Notes under the pieces: model-generated
What the model was told of the DNA's origin: nothing
Database searches by the model: none
The model's input: only the letters and a program-made list of their open reading frames with translations
Assembly (NCBI GenBank): GCA_000320545.1
Contig: ADNK01000150.1
Coordinates: 1 to 64,000, forward strand
DNA length: 64,000 nt
Origin: Bigelowiella natans CCMP2755
Taxonomy: Eukaryota > Protista > Cercozoa
Direction of reading: 5' to 3'
Shown here: piece after piece, positions 26,857 through 39,682 of the stretch
Layout of the letters: every line of letters starts with the position of its first letter
Position numbering within the stretch: the first letter of the stretch is position 1
Made by a program: the position numbers and the translations under genes

Positions 26857-28974
26857 TGTGATGATGTTGTTGTTGAGGGTGAGACGGAGGGTGGGGATAA
26901 GAAGAGGAGTTTCCGTATCTCCGGTCTTGCAAACATGTTTCTATGTACACTCTTCGGCCTTCAATCTCTGATTTTCCTCCCACTCCCCCCCACTCGCCGC
27001 CGCAAAGGCTGCGAAAGCATGATCGAGGCGTTCGCGTCGGGAGTGGACTTTCACTCCGCCACAGCGGTCGATATGTTTCCCCACGTCAAGGCAGCTGTTG
27101 ACTCCGGAGAGGTACGAAGAAGAACAACAACAACAACAACAATAACAACAATAACATGTAAGAGCGACAGGCATCCCCTCATTCTCACGATCATCATAAT
27201 CACCATCATCATGTCGTCTAAAACTATCCCTTCATCATCGTCGTCCATCATTCACTCACTATATATAATGCAGGTGCTGTTAGAATGGCATGGAGACGGC
27301 AAGCCGACGAAACCGCTAGTAAAGGAGAAATTCGGCTCGGAAAGGAGAAAGGTGCATGCAGCAAGCAGTCTCTTTTTGTGAGTGGTGTGGGAGAGGCATG
27401 GAGAGGCAAATATAGTACATATGTAAAGACAAACCTAGAGAGAAGGGATATGTGTAAACCGAGCGGAGATGACTTCACTGATCAACCTCCTCCTCCTCCT
27501 CCTCCTCAATGATAATAATAACTTAATATACCTCCTCAGGCCAAAACTCTCAATTTTTCCATAGTATATGGCAAGACTGTGCAAGGTAATGCAATACAAT
27601 GATGGGATAACGACACTGATGCTAGCTATTACGTTTTGCATGATTTTCATAAAGACATTTACCATGATTTCCCTCCCTCCCCCATCTGCATCCTCCTCTT
27701 CCTCATCGTTGTCATCATTATCGATATCAGGACTATCCAAAGACTGGGGGGTGACGATAGAGGAGGCTCAGGTGTTGATTAGAGAAGATGCAACTACAAC
27801 AACTACAAGAAAAGAAAAAGAAGAAGAAGAATAAGAAGAAATACTCTGTTTTACGATTTTATATACTGATTATTCCAATTATCCTTCGTGTCTGTGCGCG
27901 TGTGTGTAGGAGCTTCTGGACAAGTGGTTTGCTGCGAGACCTGAGGTAAAGAAACTATAAAGAGCCAGAGCGTCACCACAAGGCGCAAGGGATTTCATTG
28001 CTCTGTTGTTATCCCAACTTGCACGACAGATCGTTGATATTCTCTGTGTTCTCCCACAACACTAACTACTACTCCTCAGGTGCAAGAGTGGCAGCAGAAC
28101 ACGATTAACAACGCGAAGCGAACTGGTACGCAACTCAACAAGATACTTCCCTCTTCCACTCTTGCGTTTTTCCATTTTTCTCTCTTTCTCTCTCCATTTC
28201 TTCTGGTCGGCCTGCGCTGCCATAACGTGTCATTCGGTGAAATTCGTAAGGTTTTTGTCGCACGCTAATGGGGCGCTATAGAGCATTACCAGAGATGAGG
28301 TCTCTCAGTGGAGTTAGTTACTGACCTGCAGCATGCGAATAATGGCATGAACGACGACATGAAAGAAACCCAAAAAATGCTCTGAGATTTAGAGATTGTA
28401 GGTGTTGAAGAAAAAGAAGAAGAAGGAGGAAAAAAATGAGGATGAAGAGGAAGAGCAGGACGCCGATGATGTATGCGTCGTGTGGGTATGTGAGCGTGAT
28501 TCTCCTTCTCCACCCACCCCTTTTCATGTATATTCCAGACATCGGTCAAAGTGGGTTCGTGCGCACGGGGAGAGGGCAGCGATAAACTCTCCGGTGCAAG
28601 GCGGAGCCGCAGACATTGTGATGATGGCTATGGTCAAACTACACAAGTCTCCTGTCCTGCGCTATCTCAACTACCGCCTCCTGCTACAAGTAGTAGTAGT
28701 AGTAGTAGTAGTAGTAGCAGTGTGGAAATATACAGCGGCAAAATGTATTCTATATGGTGGTTTGTTCACTCTTGTGTGTGTGTGTGTGTGTGTGCGTGTG
28801 TGGGAGTTGCAGTACATATCTGTCGGTAATTTCTTACTATAGAAGGCTCTTCCACCACCACGGCCACCACCACCACCACCACCACACGCACGCATCCAAC
28901 GACTGACTCTTGATAGGTGCACGATGAAGTGATCATCGAGGGGCCAGAAGAACATGCAGAGGCTGCGCTGCAGG

Positions 28975-29024
<50 letters not shown>

Positions 29025-29028
29025 CTGT

Positions 29029-29070
<42 letters not shown>

Positions 29071-29280
29071 AAGTACATAAGAAATTGTGACTCTTCCTTA
29101 TCTTTACTGCCTGTTGCGTATCTTGGAGTCATTGTAGCTGATTTCTGATGTGTGTTGACTTCGGATCACAAGGTTATTTCCTGCATGACTGCTCCATTTG
29201 ATGGCGTTGGACTCCGGCCCCTCAAGGTGGATTTGGATGTCGACGCAAAATATGCTAAATCTTGGTACCAAGCCAAATAG
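19160..29280 (+). CDS. POP: Organellar family-A DNA polymerase (POP type) with 3'-5' exonuclease, bipartite plastid-type presequence
   Basis: Exonuclease motifs [30 protein letters not shown] and YSAYDAE. Polymerase motif [17 protein letters not shown], motif [31 protein letters not shown], motif [16 protein letters not shown]-terminus [12 protein letters not shown] ends at 29280. Confidence 0.93.
22979..23068 (+). repeat. Exact 45-bp tandem duplication spanning a 3' splice site of the POP gene
   Basis: gttgttgttatgctctacaagcatttatgttgacacgtcgttcct occurs at 22979-23023 and 23024-23068. Confidence 0.95.
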
Positions 29281-30368
29281 AGAATTGCATGGTCTGTAAG
29301 CGTTGCTGTCTATAAATATGTACTAGCAGCATGCAATGTACTCGTCCGAAAACAAGCAAATGCTGATGCAAGACGGATGTGATTAATCAATTAAGTTTGT
29401 CCAATGGTCATCTGATGCAACTGCCAACTTTTGATCGCCCCAAATCCTGTTCATTCATCATTGCTGTCTTGCCGTCTTGCTGTGCATGTGATGCAATCGA
29501 TTGGTCTAGCTAGCCAGCGATGTTTCCACATTCACACGTTCGCTGTGTGTGGCACGCGATGTACATGCACATGCAATGATGAATGAAGTGCATGATCGAG
29601 CCAATGCGACCACCAACTTTGCACGTTTCATTTGGTCAACATTCTCACAGGATCGTGATTTTCGCATTGTGCATATTGTCACTTTGCATGCGATGCAGCT
29701 GAATTGCACAACGCAACTTGGGCACAACTCTCGCTAGCTCGCCTGCACACACAGCATGCTGGCAGGACAGCCAGCTCGGTGTGCATCATTGCACTGTGCA
29801 TCGCAGGTTTCAGTGTTTTGCGTGTGGCACGAAAACTGCATTAGTTGTCCATGAACGCACTAGATTGCGTTCATGGGGCTGCCTAGCTGCACGTGCAGAC
29901 GTGCGTGCAGTCCACATTTGTTAGGACGTACGAGTTCGCAGCTTGACCAAACTTTGCCATTCAACCGGCAGTGTCATCCTGCCAGCCTGCCCCCCCTCTG
30001 GCCATCCGGCCATTTCTAGATTTGCAAAGAGCAGCCGGAGAATCGTTAGCAAATCTAGATGTGCTGTTGTTCAGTTTTGGGAATTTGCTGAACGAGATCT
30101 TTCTCTCCAGAAGAACTGTTGATTCCCATGCCTTCCTTCACTTGGAGCACCCTGCTTTCCGGCATCGATCCGCATCTCCTTTGCTCCGATGTCGGCTGGG
30201 ACGCGCAGAAGCCTCACGAGATAGTTTTTCGGAAAAATTCTCATGTCGCAGGGAAAGAATGCTCGAGGATACAAGCAAGTATGTAAGTAAAAAAGTGATG
30301 CTTTTTGAGAGAGGTTTGATGTACTCGTACGGCTGGGATGGGGGAAAAAAAGACCGGAAAATATCTGA

Positions 30369-33300
30369 TTGGATGCTATTTTCTCTGTGCGACAAGACTT
30401 CTTCGTAGCTCTACGAGTAGACCCGACCTGCCCCATGGTCGCCGTCCTCCTCCTCCTGCTGCTTTCGGTCCTCGCGGCTTTTGTGGTGACGCGATGGATA
30501 ACAGGGAAGGGATTTGGAGCTCTAGGAGGCCAGGGCACGAAGGAAAGCTTGTCGGTGGAGAGCGTGGGCGAAAGGTGACGGCGAGACGCCAGCATTTTAT
30601 CGAGCTAATCGAATTCAGTGGCGTTCTCAATGGCACTGCGTGCTGTCATACGAAATCCCGATATATTAGTGATTGGTTCACCCTTTATCCTTCCACCCCT
30701 CTTCCTTGCAACATTGTCGTCCTTTCTTCGAAAACCACAGGAAGGAGAGATTGACTGGGTTCATCCCATTCAAGCACTGGCAAGTTCCTCAAAGCCTCGT
30801 AGTCGATTGTACTCACCCTAAAGCGGATCAGGTCCTCCTTCTTTCCTTTTCTTCCGGCAACATCAATATCTTCATAAGAACATGAGTTAAAGTCCACCAT
30901 TCAAAAGAGATTCAAAAGATACCCTCCCCCCTGATACCCTCCCCCCTCTCTCTCGACGAATAAGCTACACTCTCATCCGGAGCAATGGAAGATTTTAAAT
31001 ATCACTTCGCATTAATTTTTGACTCTTCTTTTGACTGATGCCTCTGTTGCATATTATCACATGTTGAATGCTCTCCTTTTGTTGCGCAGATTACACACCA
31101 TAAAGAGCAATCTGTCCCCGAGGAGATCAAGAGAACCATGATGTCCAGCTCCGATGGCGTCTTGACAGCCCTGAAACTTAACCACGAGCTCATTCGCAAG
31201 CATGACTGTATCAGTACCAACCACTTTGATATTGATTCTTTCGTGAGGTGGGTATTGTAAGTCACTCAATACAACAGCGGCAGTTGTTTATAGGACATAT
31301 GTGCTACTATGTGTTTCGCTAAGCTTCGTTGTTGGCACATTATCGGTGTTATCAGAAGACTGTTTGAAGCTACTATCTGTGCCCATCTCCTACGATATCA
31401 ACAACAATTTGTGCACAACACACATACAAACCGTACAAGCACACTGTTAAATATATGTATATATACATGCACACATGTAGATGCATATGTGTGTGTGTGT
31501 ATATATATATATATATGTATATGTATTCAGTGTTTGGTGTTTCCTGAACCGAGATGAGGCCCTCCGCTATGAGCGATTGCTGCGCGAAGTGGCACGGATA
31601 GGGGACTTCCGGGAGTTGCGTCTGGATGAACCTATGCAACATAAAGCTCTGAAGTAAGTTGTTATCAACGCTTGCTGTCAAAATATAATACACGTTCTCC
31701 ATCTAGACAGAAAGAGGACTGTGGATGATCTATTTCCCTCTCTTTCTTACATAGTCGCCCTTCCATACAAACACTTGCCTGTCCTTCCCTCGGGGAACCC
31801 CCCCCCTTTCCACTCCTCTTCTTTTCTGTGTCATCGTTTTCATCAGATTGTGCTGCTGGCTGAACTCAGTCGAGAAAAGGCGCTTTTATGAGCCGTTCGG
31901 CTCTGCGATGGAGAAGGACGATTCGTTGGAGAAATTCGATTACTTCTTGCCGCGGTTTAAAGCTGTTTTGGAGGTGTTGAGAGCTGATGTTAAGAGATGA
32001 AGATGACGATGACGATGATGATGATGATGATGGTGATAACTCAAACATGGACAATTATGATAATGATCATGACAATGATGACGGCTAATTCCTAATCTCC
32101 TCTCTATAGTAATCCACCTCCTTTTCCTTCTTCCTATTATACCATAGGATGTGGAGTTCGTGCGCGAGGAGTGGAGCGCAGCCTACGAGCGTGTGGTATC
32201 AGACTATGCGGTAGTAAACAATATAGATGCTGAATCCCTGCTCATCGATGGAGGTGGGAACAGCGGAGCAGGAAAAAGTGCCAATGGGGACGGCGCAAAC
32301 AGTGATATTAACGAGGATGTTGGCATCGATGACAAGGAGAAGAAGGGAGAGACCAAGCCATCTAAGGGAGATGAGAAGAAAGAGAAGGAGGAGGAGGAGG
32401 AGGAGGAGGAGAAAGGGGTTGACGAGAAGGAAAAGAAAGCTTGCACAGTGACAACTAGGCCGAAGATGAGAGGGAAGAGTGAGGAGGAGGAGGTTAAGAA
32501 GGATCATAAGGAAAAACAGAAGGGGGGGGTGGGCGACGGTGAGGCGCGTGTGACGCAGTATCCCGGCATAGATCTTGGTTTGTGAGAGATACTACACACG
32601 AACAACAAAACAATTATCATCATCCGATGATATTATTATAACAAGCACATGATTTGCATTATATTCTACTAAGGAGATACTCATGACATTTATACGTGTG
32701 GCCGAGAAGATGATGATGATGACGATGACGATGACGATGATGGCAATTAGTAGTGTGCAATTCTAATCAAGAAAATATATGTATGATATACGGACACGCA
32801 CACAGAAAATACAAGCCAACAATATGATCTGCTACCTAAAATTCTCCTTATAATTTTCGCACTGCCTTTGTTATATCTTAATTGTGTTTTACACATCTCC
32901 TTACCACCCCCCTCCTCCTTCCCCGCCTCCCTCCAGTAATGGTTTCGTGCCCTCATCCCGTTCACTACTACGCGCTCTTTAGCGTGGGGAGGGGGTTCGA
33001 CATCGTGGTCTCTCTCTACTCTCAGAATCGTTACGAGCTTGAGCAGAAATACACAACTTACGTTGATATTAATCGCCCAGTACTACCCCGACTTGCCCTG
33101 CAGGTGGATGTAGTAGTAGTAGTAGTAGTAGTAGTAGCAGTAGGCTTGTGCATGCTTGCTTGTATTTGTGTGTGTCTGATTTGTCTTCTTGTTGGTCATC
33201 GCATCGTAATCATCATCATCGTCATCGTTTTATCATCATCAGCGTGATTTTGATTGTTTGCCGCCGATGCTGTCGTCGTCTGTACGGTTGTGTGTTTACC

Positions 33301-33535
33301 CTCCCACCATCTGTCAGCCGTTAGTCCGCGTTTTGAATTCACACGAGGAGAACGCCGAAGGGTGTGTGTGGCATGCGTCCAGCTTTGCAGATTCTGGTCA
33401 TCACCATCATCGTCATCATCAACATCATCATCGTCATCATTATCATCATTATCCATCATCGTCATCAGCATCATCATTATCATAAATCCACCATCATCCT
33501 TTATTTGACACACATTTTTCATCCTCTCCCTCTCG

Positions 33536-33578
<43 letters not shown>

Positions 33579-35611
33579 CCCTCCCTCCCTCCCTCCTCCT
33601 CAGTTTCTTCCTTCCAATATTCAATATACTTCTACACACTTACAAAAACTACACACATACTCCAAGGCCCACTCCTCCGCATTGATCCTCTCTTGGATGA
33701 TGACGACGACGATGATGATGATGATGGTAACGGAGGGACTGACGAGAACGGCGACGAAGATGATGCTGGTGACAGCAAACACACATCGCCACAAAAGCAG
33801 AAACAGCAGCAGAGGCAGTTGGGGGGGGGGATGCAGAAAAGGACTGGTGCGGTGAAGAAGTTGACAAAAGCTCAGCGATATGGACACCCCAACGAACGTC
33901 CAATCTACTCATCATCGATCAATCCCTCGCTATTCCGCACCATCGTCCTCTCCTTCTTCAGATGGTAGTTAGTCATTTTTAATAGAGGGGGAGTTGGAGA
34001 GGAGAGGGAAGAGGGGGAGGGAGGTTTCATAGCAAAATATCAATTGGGTACTGTTACTACTGCTACTACTAGTAGTAGTAGTAGCCGTAATAGAAGTAGT
34101 AGTAGCTAGCGTTAGTTGTTACAATCGTGTTAGTTTAAGATGCTGATCGAGTACTACTTAAAGTAGTATTCTTCGACACTACTCAAGTTTCAACACGCTG
34201 CTGCTTTTCCTACTTTCCCACTGTAATCTTCATCATCTTCTTCTCCTTCTTCTTCTTCTTCTTCTTCTTCTTCTTCTTCGTCTGATGTTTGTGGTGATGA
34301 TGATGGTGCTGCTACAGGAGCTACAGCTGCAACCATGGCCTCCGAAAGTATAGAAGTGAGTTTATCGACGACCCTGTGGCCAAATGCGATGCTGCAGCTA
34401 ACACTAAGATGAATGCTGCTTCTACCGACGTGAAGGCGGCCGATAAGGGCAAAGAAATCGATGAGCAGCAGCAGCAGCAGCAGCAGCACCGGGTATTGTC
34501 AGAGTCAGTATCTTCAACGCGACGACGAAGTAGAAGCATAAGTAGAAGAAGTAGTAGTAGAGGCCCCCTTCCGATAGAAGCAGCAGCATCATCAGCAGCA
34601 TCAGTACCAGGGCGCAATAATAATTCTCATCATCATCATCATCATCATCACCGTCGTCGTCGTCGTCGTATTTCCCCCTCCCCCTCCTCCTCCTCACCAT
34701 CCGCAAGACTGAGAAGCGCTGCTGGCAACGTGGTGGGAACCATTACTACAACTACGACACCTTCCCCTGGCCCCTCCCTTCGCAGCCCACGCTCCGCCTC
34801 CTCTTCCTTCTTCTCCACACCCAAAACCAACAACGACAACAGCAATAACCCCTCCCCCTTTACCCCTTCAATGGGAGGAGGAAGGCGTGGTAGAGGGGGG
34901 GCACGTTTATCCCGAGATATGTCATCGGGATCACTTCTCGGAGACCGATTTCACTTGCTCTCTTCCTCCTCCTCCTCTCTCCGCCTAGAGCTCGACACTG
35001 CAAGCAGCTCCGCAACGAACACGGCTACCTCTACTCCCACGGGAGGGGGGGGGATGAGGAGAGGTTTCTTCTTCCCTGCAGCAGAAGCAGCAGCAGCAGG
35101 AGGAGGAGGAGAGGGTGAAGAATCTTCATCATCTTCAGATGGAGAAGACAGCTACGATGATGAGCTCGAAGCGTTGCACGAGGAAGCAGATCGATTTCGG
35201 ATAAAGAGGACAAGGCGGAGGAGGAGGAGGGGGAGGGGGAGAAGCAGCAAGAGTAGGAGTAGTACGCCAGGCAATGGTGCCTCCTCCATCACGCCGACGC
35301 GTGATAATCGCAGCTTTTCCGAACTCTCCTTCGGTTCCGCCTCCTCCAACATCACCGACACCTCTTCCATCATTATTGGGGAATATGACGACGATGACGA
35401 CGACGACGATGATGATGGCGATGGTAGGTTTGACGATGAGGACGGTAGTAGCAGTGGTAGCAACGGTAGCAGCAGCAGTCCTGGCTTGTGGTCAGTGCTG
35501 CAGAAGGGACGATATAACGTTATGCAGAAACGAGAAAGATGGAGATGGAAGCAGATACGATAGTGAGGACGTTGCTAGTAGTAGTAGTAGTAGCTGTTGT
35601 TGTAGTTGTTA

Positions 35612-35643
<32 letters not shown>

Positions 35644-36434
35644 TTGTAACAATCCCTCCTAGACAATATATGCATGGGAAACAAGAAGAAGATGAGGCGA
35701 AGAACAATACACAATAGCGCCACAACGACCAGAATTCACTTACAACCTAGCATCTTTCGAAACGTGCCCCCCACACTCATACTTTTCTTCCCACCGCTTT
35801 TTCTTCTTCTTCTTCTTCCTCTTCTGATCAAAAATCCCTAATCATCACCGTGGTGCTCTTCATCATCATCACCACCACCACCACCACCACCATCATCATC
35901 ATGTCACCGATCGATGCTGCCAACCATCAGTTTCAACAAGTGCCTGGATTGGGAGACGTGGGAGCGAGGCCTTGCGCACATGGACAACGCGATCTGGGAT
36001 GCAGTCAATATGGCACTCCCAAGCCCTTCGTCATCCAACGACAAAGAAGGGGCAGAGCAACAAAATGCGATCGACACCGCCAATAAAAGCGGGGGGGGTG
36101 ACCACAACGTTTTAGCGCTGCTCTCCGAACTTGATAATGACGAGGAAGATGGGAAAGCTGCTGCCGGTAGTATACCTCCTCCTCCCCCCTTCTTCCCCCC
36201 CCCCCCTCTCGGCGATGGTGGAGTCCCTCCACCCCCCCCTGGTGTACTACCTCCCCCGCCAATGTTACTTGCTGGTGGCGGTTGTGGCATGGAAGGCAAG
36301 ACGATGATCAGGCAAAATCCTAATGGTGAACCCTCGGTCGGCTGAGCACTCACACACACACGCACACGCACACGCACACGCACACTACACCACAGTGTAC
36401 ATACAATGTGAATATATGTATAAATGTATATATT

Positions 36435-36494
<60 letters not shown>

Positions 36495-37530
36495 TTATTC
36501 ATCGTCGTCGGCTGAACTTCGATCTCACTTTAGACCGAACTGAAGCGGTTGCACTGGATACCGGTGAGGAGCGACACCAAAGGAGGATTGCCTGAGAGCT
36601 GCATATGGGCAGATATGGAAGAAGATCTTCAGCTGGACGTTTCGGAGATATCAAGACGATTCTCCTCGAAATTGCCTCGAAAGAAGAAGAAGAAGAAGAA
36701 TAAGAAAAAGGGTTAGTTTTTCCGTCATCATCATCTGGGCACTAGGATTATACTGAATGAATCAAAGTCCACAATAAATTGCTTCTGTAATCTCCTTCCC
36801 CCTCTCACACACACAATACACACGACAGGTAGCGGTGGGATGAACAAGTTTGGTGGTGGGGCGGGGAATGTAGCGCTGCTGGATCCAAAGAGAGAGATGA
36901 ACATATCCATAGCCCTCTCTGGGATGAGAATGGTGCCTGACTACTACTACTACTACTACAACTACTACTACTACTACGACAGAATAGATTATGAGGAAGG
37001 AAGGAGGCGAGAGAGGGGGGGAGAGGAGGGGCTGCAGGCGTGCACTTGAGAGAGAGAGAGAGGGAGAGAGAGAGAGAGAGTTTGACGTAATTACTCATAT
37101 ATTGGGTATCATATGTTTTGTTGGTAGATGGTGGAGGATATAAGCGAGGCAATTCTCAATGTAGATCTCTCGATATTGACGATAGAGCGCCTCCCACAGC
37201 TGCAGCTGCTCCTTCCTTCGGAGGAGGAGGCTAAGATTGTGGCAAGGTAGTGCTGTAAAAGCAAGCGACGGGAAACAAAATATTTATATTTATTAATGTA
37301 TTAATTTTGATTTGTTTGACCGTTGATATGAGCGGCAAATACAATGTAATACGATTTCTGTTACTGTTACTACTTCTACCACCACCACCACCACTGCTGC
37401 TGCTACTACTACTACTTCCACTACTGCTACTGCGACTTCTTACTGGCAGCAATATGATATCAATATCTTCTTCAACTCAACCTTAATTCGCTGAAACCTC
37501 CAATTATTACTTGTATACACACACACACGC

Positions 37531-37572
<42 letters not shown>

Positions 37573-37887
37573 TGTCCGACAAACACGCAGGCACGAGTAC
37601 TATGCGTCTGAGCTGTTATGAAACCGTCATCATCGATAACAACGAATACTTCCTCCCTCCCTCCCCCATAGATATAGCGGAGAACCGAGCAGTCTCACCC
37701 TTGCCTCACGGCTTCACTACCTTGTCCTCCTCCCCCCTCAAGACGGGAGGAAGCAGCAGGCACTGACAAGAAAGGGGAGGGGCGTCAAATACCTTGCTAC
37801 AGTGGAGGCGCTGCGGAAGGAGATCATCTCTCGCATTAACCACGTCGCATTCATCCACAATCTACCTGAAAAGTATTATGATGGCGG

Positions 37888-37931
<44 letters not shown>

Positions 37932-38657
37932 AGAGGAGGAGGAGGAAGAAGAAGAAGAAGAAGAAGATATTATAGGAGGATACGCCGTCTATATAGTAGT
38001 ATAATAATCGCAAAGAAGTATAGTGCTTTAGAAATGTGTTTCCTCTTCCACAAATGTGCTCTCATCATCATCTGATCTGTTACCCAAGATCAAGAAATCT
38101 GTTACCCAAGATCAAGAAACATATGCAATGTGTGCGTCCGTCTCTTGCTACTTGGAGAAAGACTTTTCTGTTTTTCCATCAGCAGCCACCCACCCCACCC
38201 TTCCCCTCTGCTTGTGATCGCAGCACGTTGTTCATAGCATATATGTAAACACGGGATAATAGGCTCCGAAAAGTCCATCGAGATTTGACTCACTTCAATG
38301 GAGCGATTTCTACGCTGAGAGACTCCCAGAGAATCAGGGATATAGTGCGGGTATTACATCGTAATAGGCCCCGGGGGGGGGGGGGGGGGGGGTAGCAGTA
38401 GTAGTGGTGGTTGTAGTAGTCGTCGTGGTGATAATAGTAGTAATAATAAGCGTTATCAGTTAATTTTGTGGTCTTTCTGATCTCCCCTCTTTGGTGTCGT
38501 CTGTGCTTTTAGTCATTAAATAGTTCTTATCATTACAGCATTGTCAATATATCCTCTGTGACTACTACTCTTTCAGACGACGTTGACACTCGGAAACTTC
38601 ATGAATTACAGCCTCAACGCACGAGGAAAGGGTTACACTGCGGGGTATATTATAATT

Positions 38658-38696
<39 letters not shown>

Positions 38697-38842
38697 ACGG
38701 TTCTTTTTTGCATTTGTTTTAATACTTGCTTCTGTCTTTTCAATATATTTTCAATAACTGCTGTATTATATACATCATGGATAAACAACTTTGGCACATG
38801 TTTTGAATCCATCACACACAAATAATAGCTGCTTGACATACA

Positions 38843-38880
<38 letters not shown>

Positions 38881-39115
38881 GAGGCGTCATGTGCTCGCTC
38901 TCTGCAGAAATTGCACGTGATGTTCGTGAATAGGATATATTAAATGGATACTCCTTACCCCTCCGCCCCCGCCCCCTCCCTCTTGATTCTGCTATCTTCG
39001 CTTTTCTCTCAGATTTGGCGTGGAGATTCTGACGAAACTCCACCTGTCAAAAGTAGTAGCAGATAGAAGTCTTCGGCTTGAGAGATATAAAGACATGACA
39101 ACTTCTTTGCACCGA

Positions 39116-39160
<45 letters not shown>

Positions 39161-39635
39161 CGATGATCTTCATCCAAAACACTCATCGATGCAATCGCTT
39201 CTGTGCGCCATTTGTGTTGTACCTAGCACAATTTCCTTTGATGTTATTTCGTCGCTGTTCTCCTCATCCTCCTCCTGATAAATGATCACGATGGTCAACA
39301 ATTCTGAAGGCTGCCGCTGGCACTACTAACTGACTTAAATAACAATAAGGCTACAGACCGGAAATCTTCCCTTCTGGATTTCGTCGCTTCAGTTTGCTTA
39401 AAAAGATTTCCCTCCACGTGCAGCGTACAGGAACAGCTTGCAGTAGAGCTCAGGCACGTCATCAAAGCTGCGAAGGTGCTGTCAGCATGCTTTGAAGTCT
39501 AATGAAATGCATACTCCATATATTCTTTTTGCTTTAGATATTTTTACAATAAGATAGTATATACGATAATATATATGTCGTTCTTCTCGGTCTTCGCGTT
39601 GACAATAAGCTGGTGCGTAGCTATATCTCTTGTGT

Positions 39636-39682
<47 letters not shown>

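Noticed and set aside
34376-36345. ORFs 34376-35563 and 35914-36345 as independent genes
   Set aside because: Both are bounded by in-frame splice sites linking them to the upstream DUF6687-like exons and the downstream FH2.
38076-38119. 22-bp exact tandem duplication in a formin intron
   Set aside because: It is real but mid-intron, with no splice-site or coding consequence.
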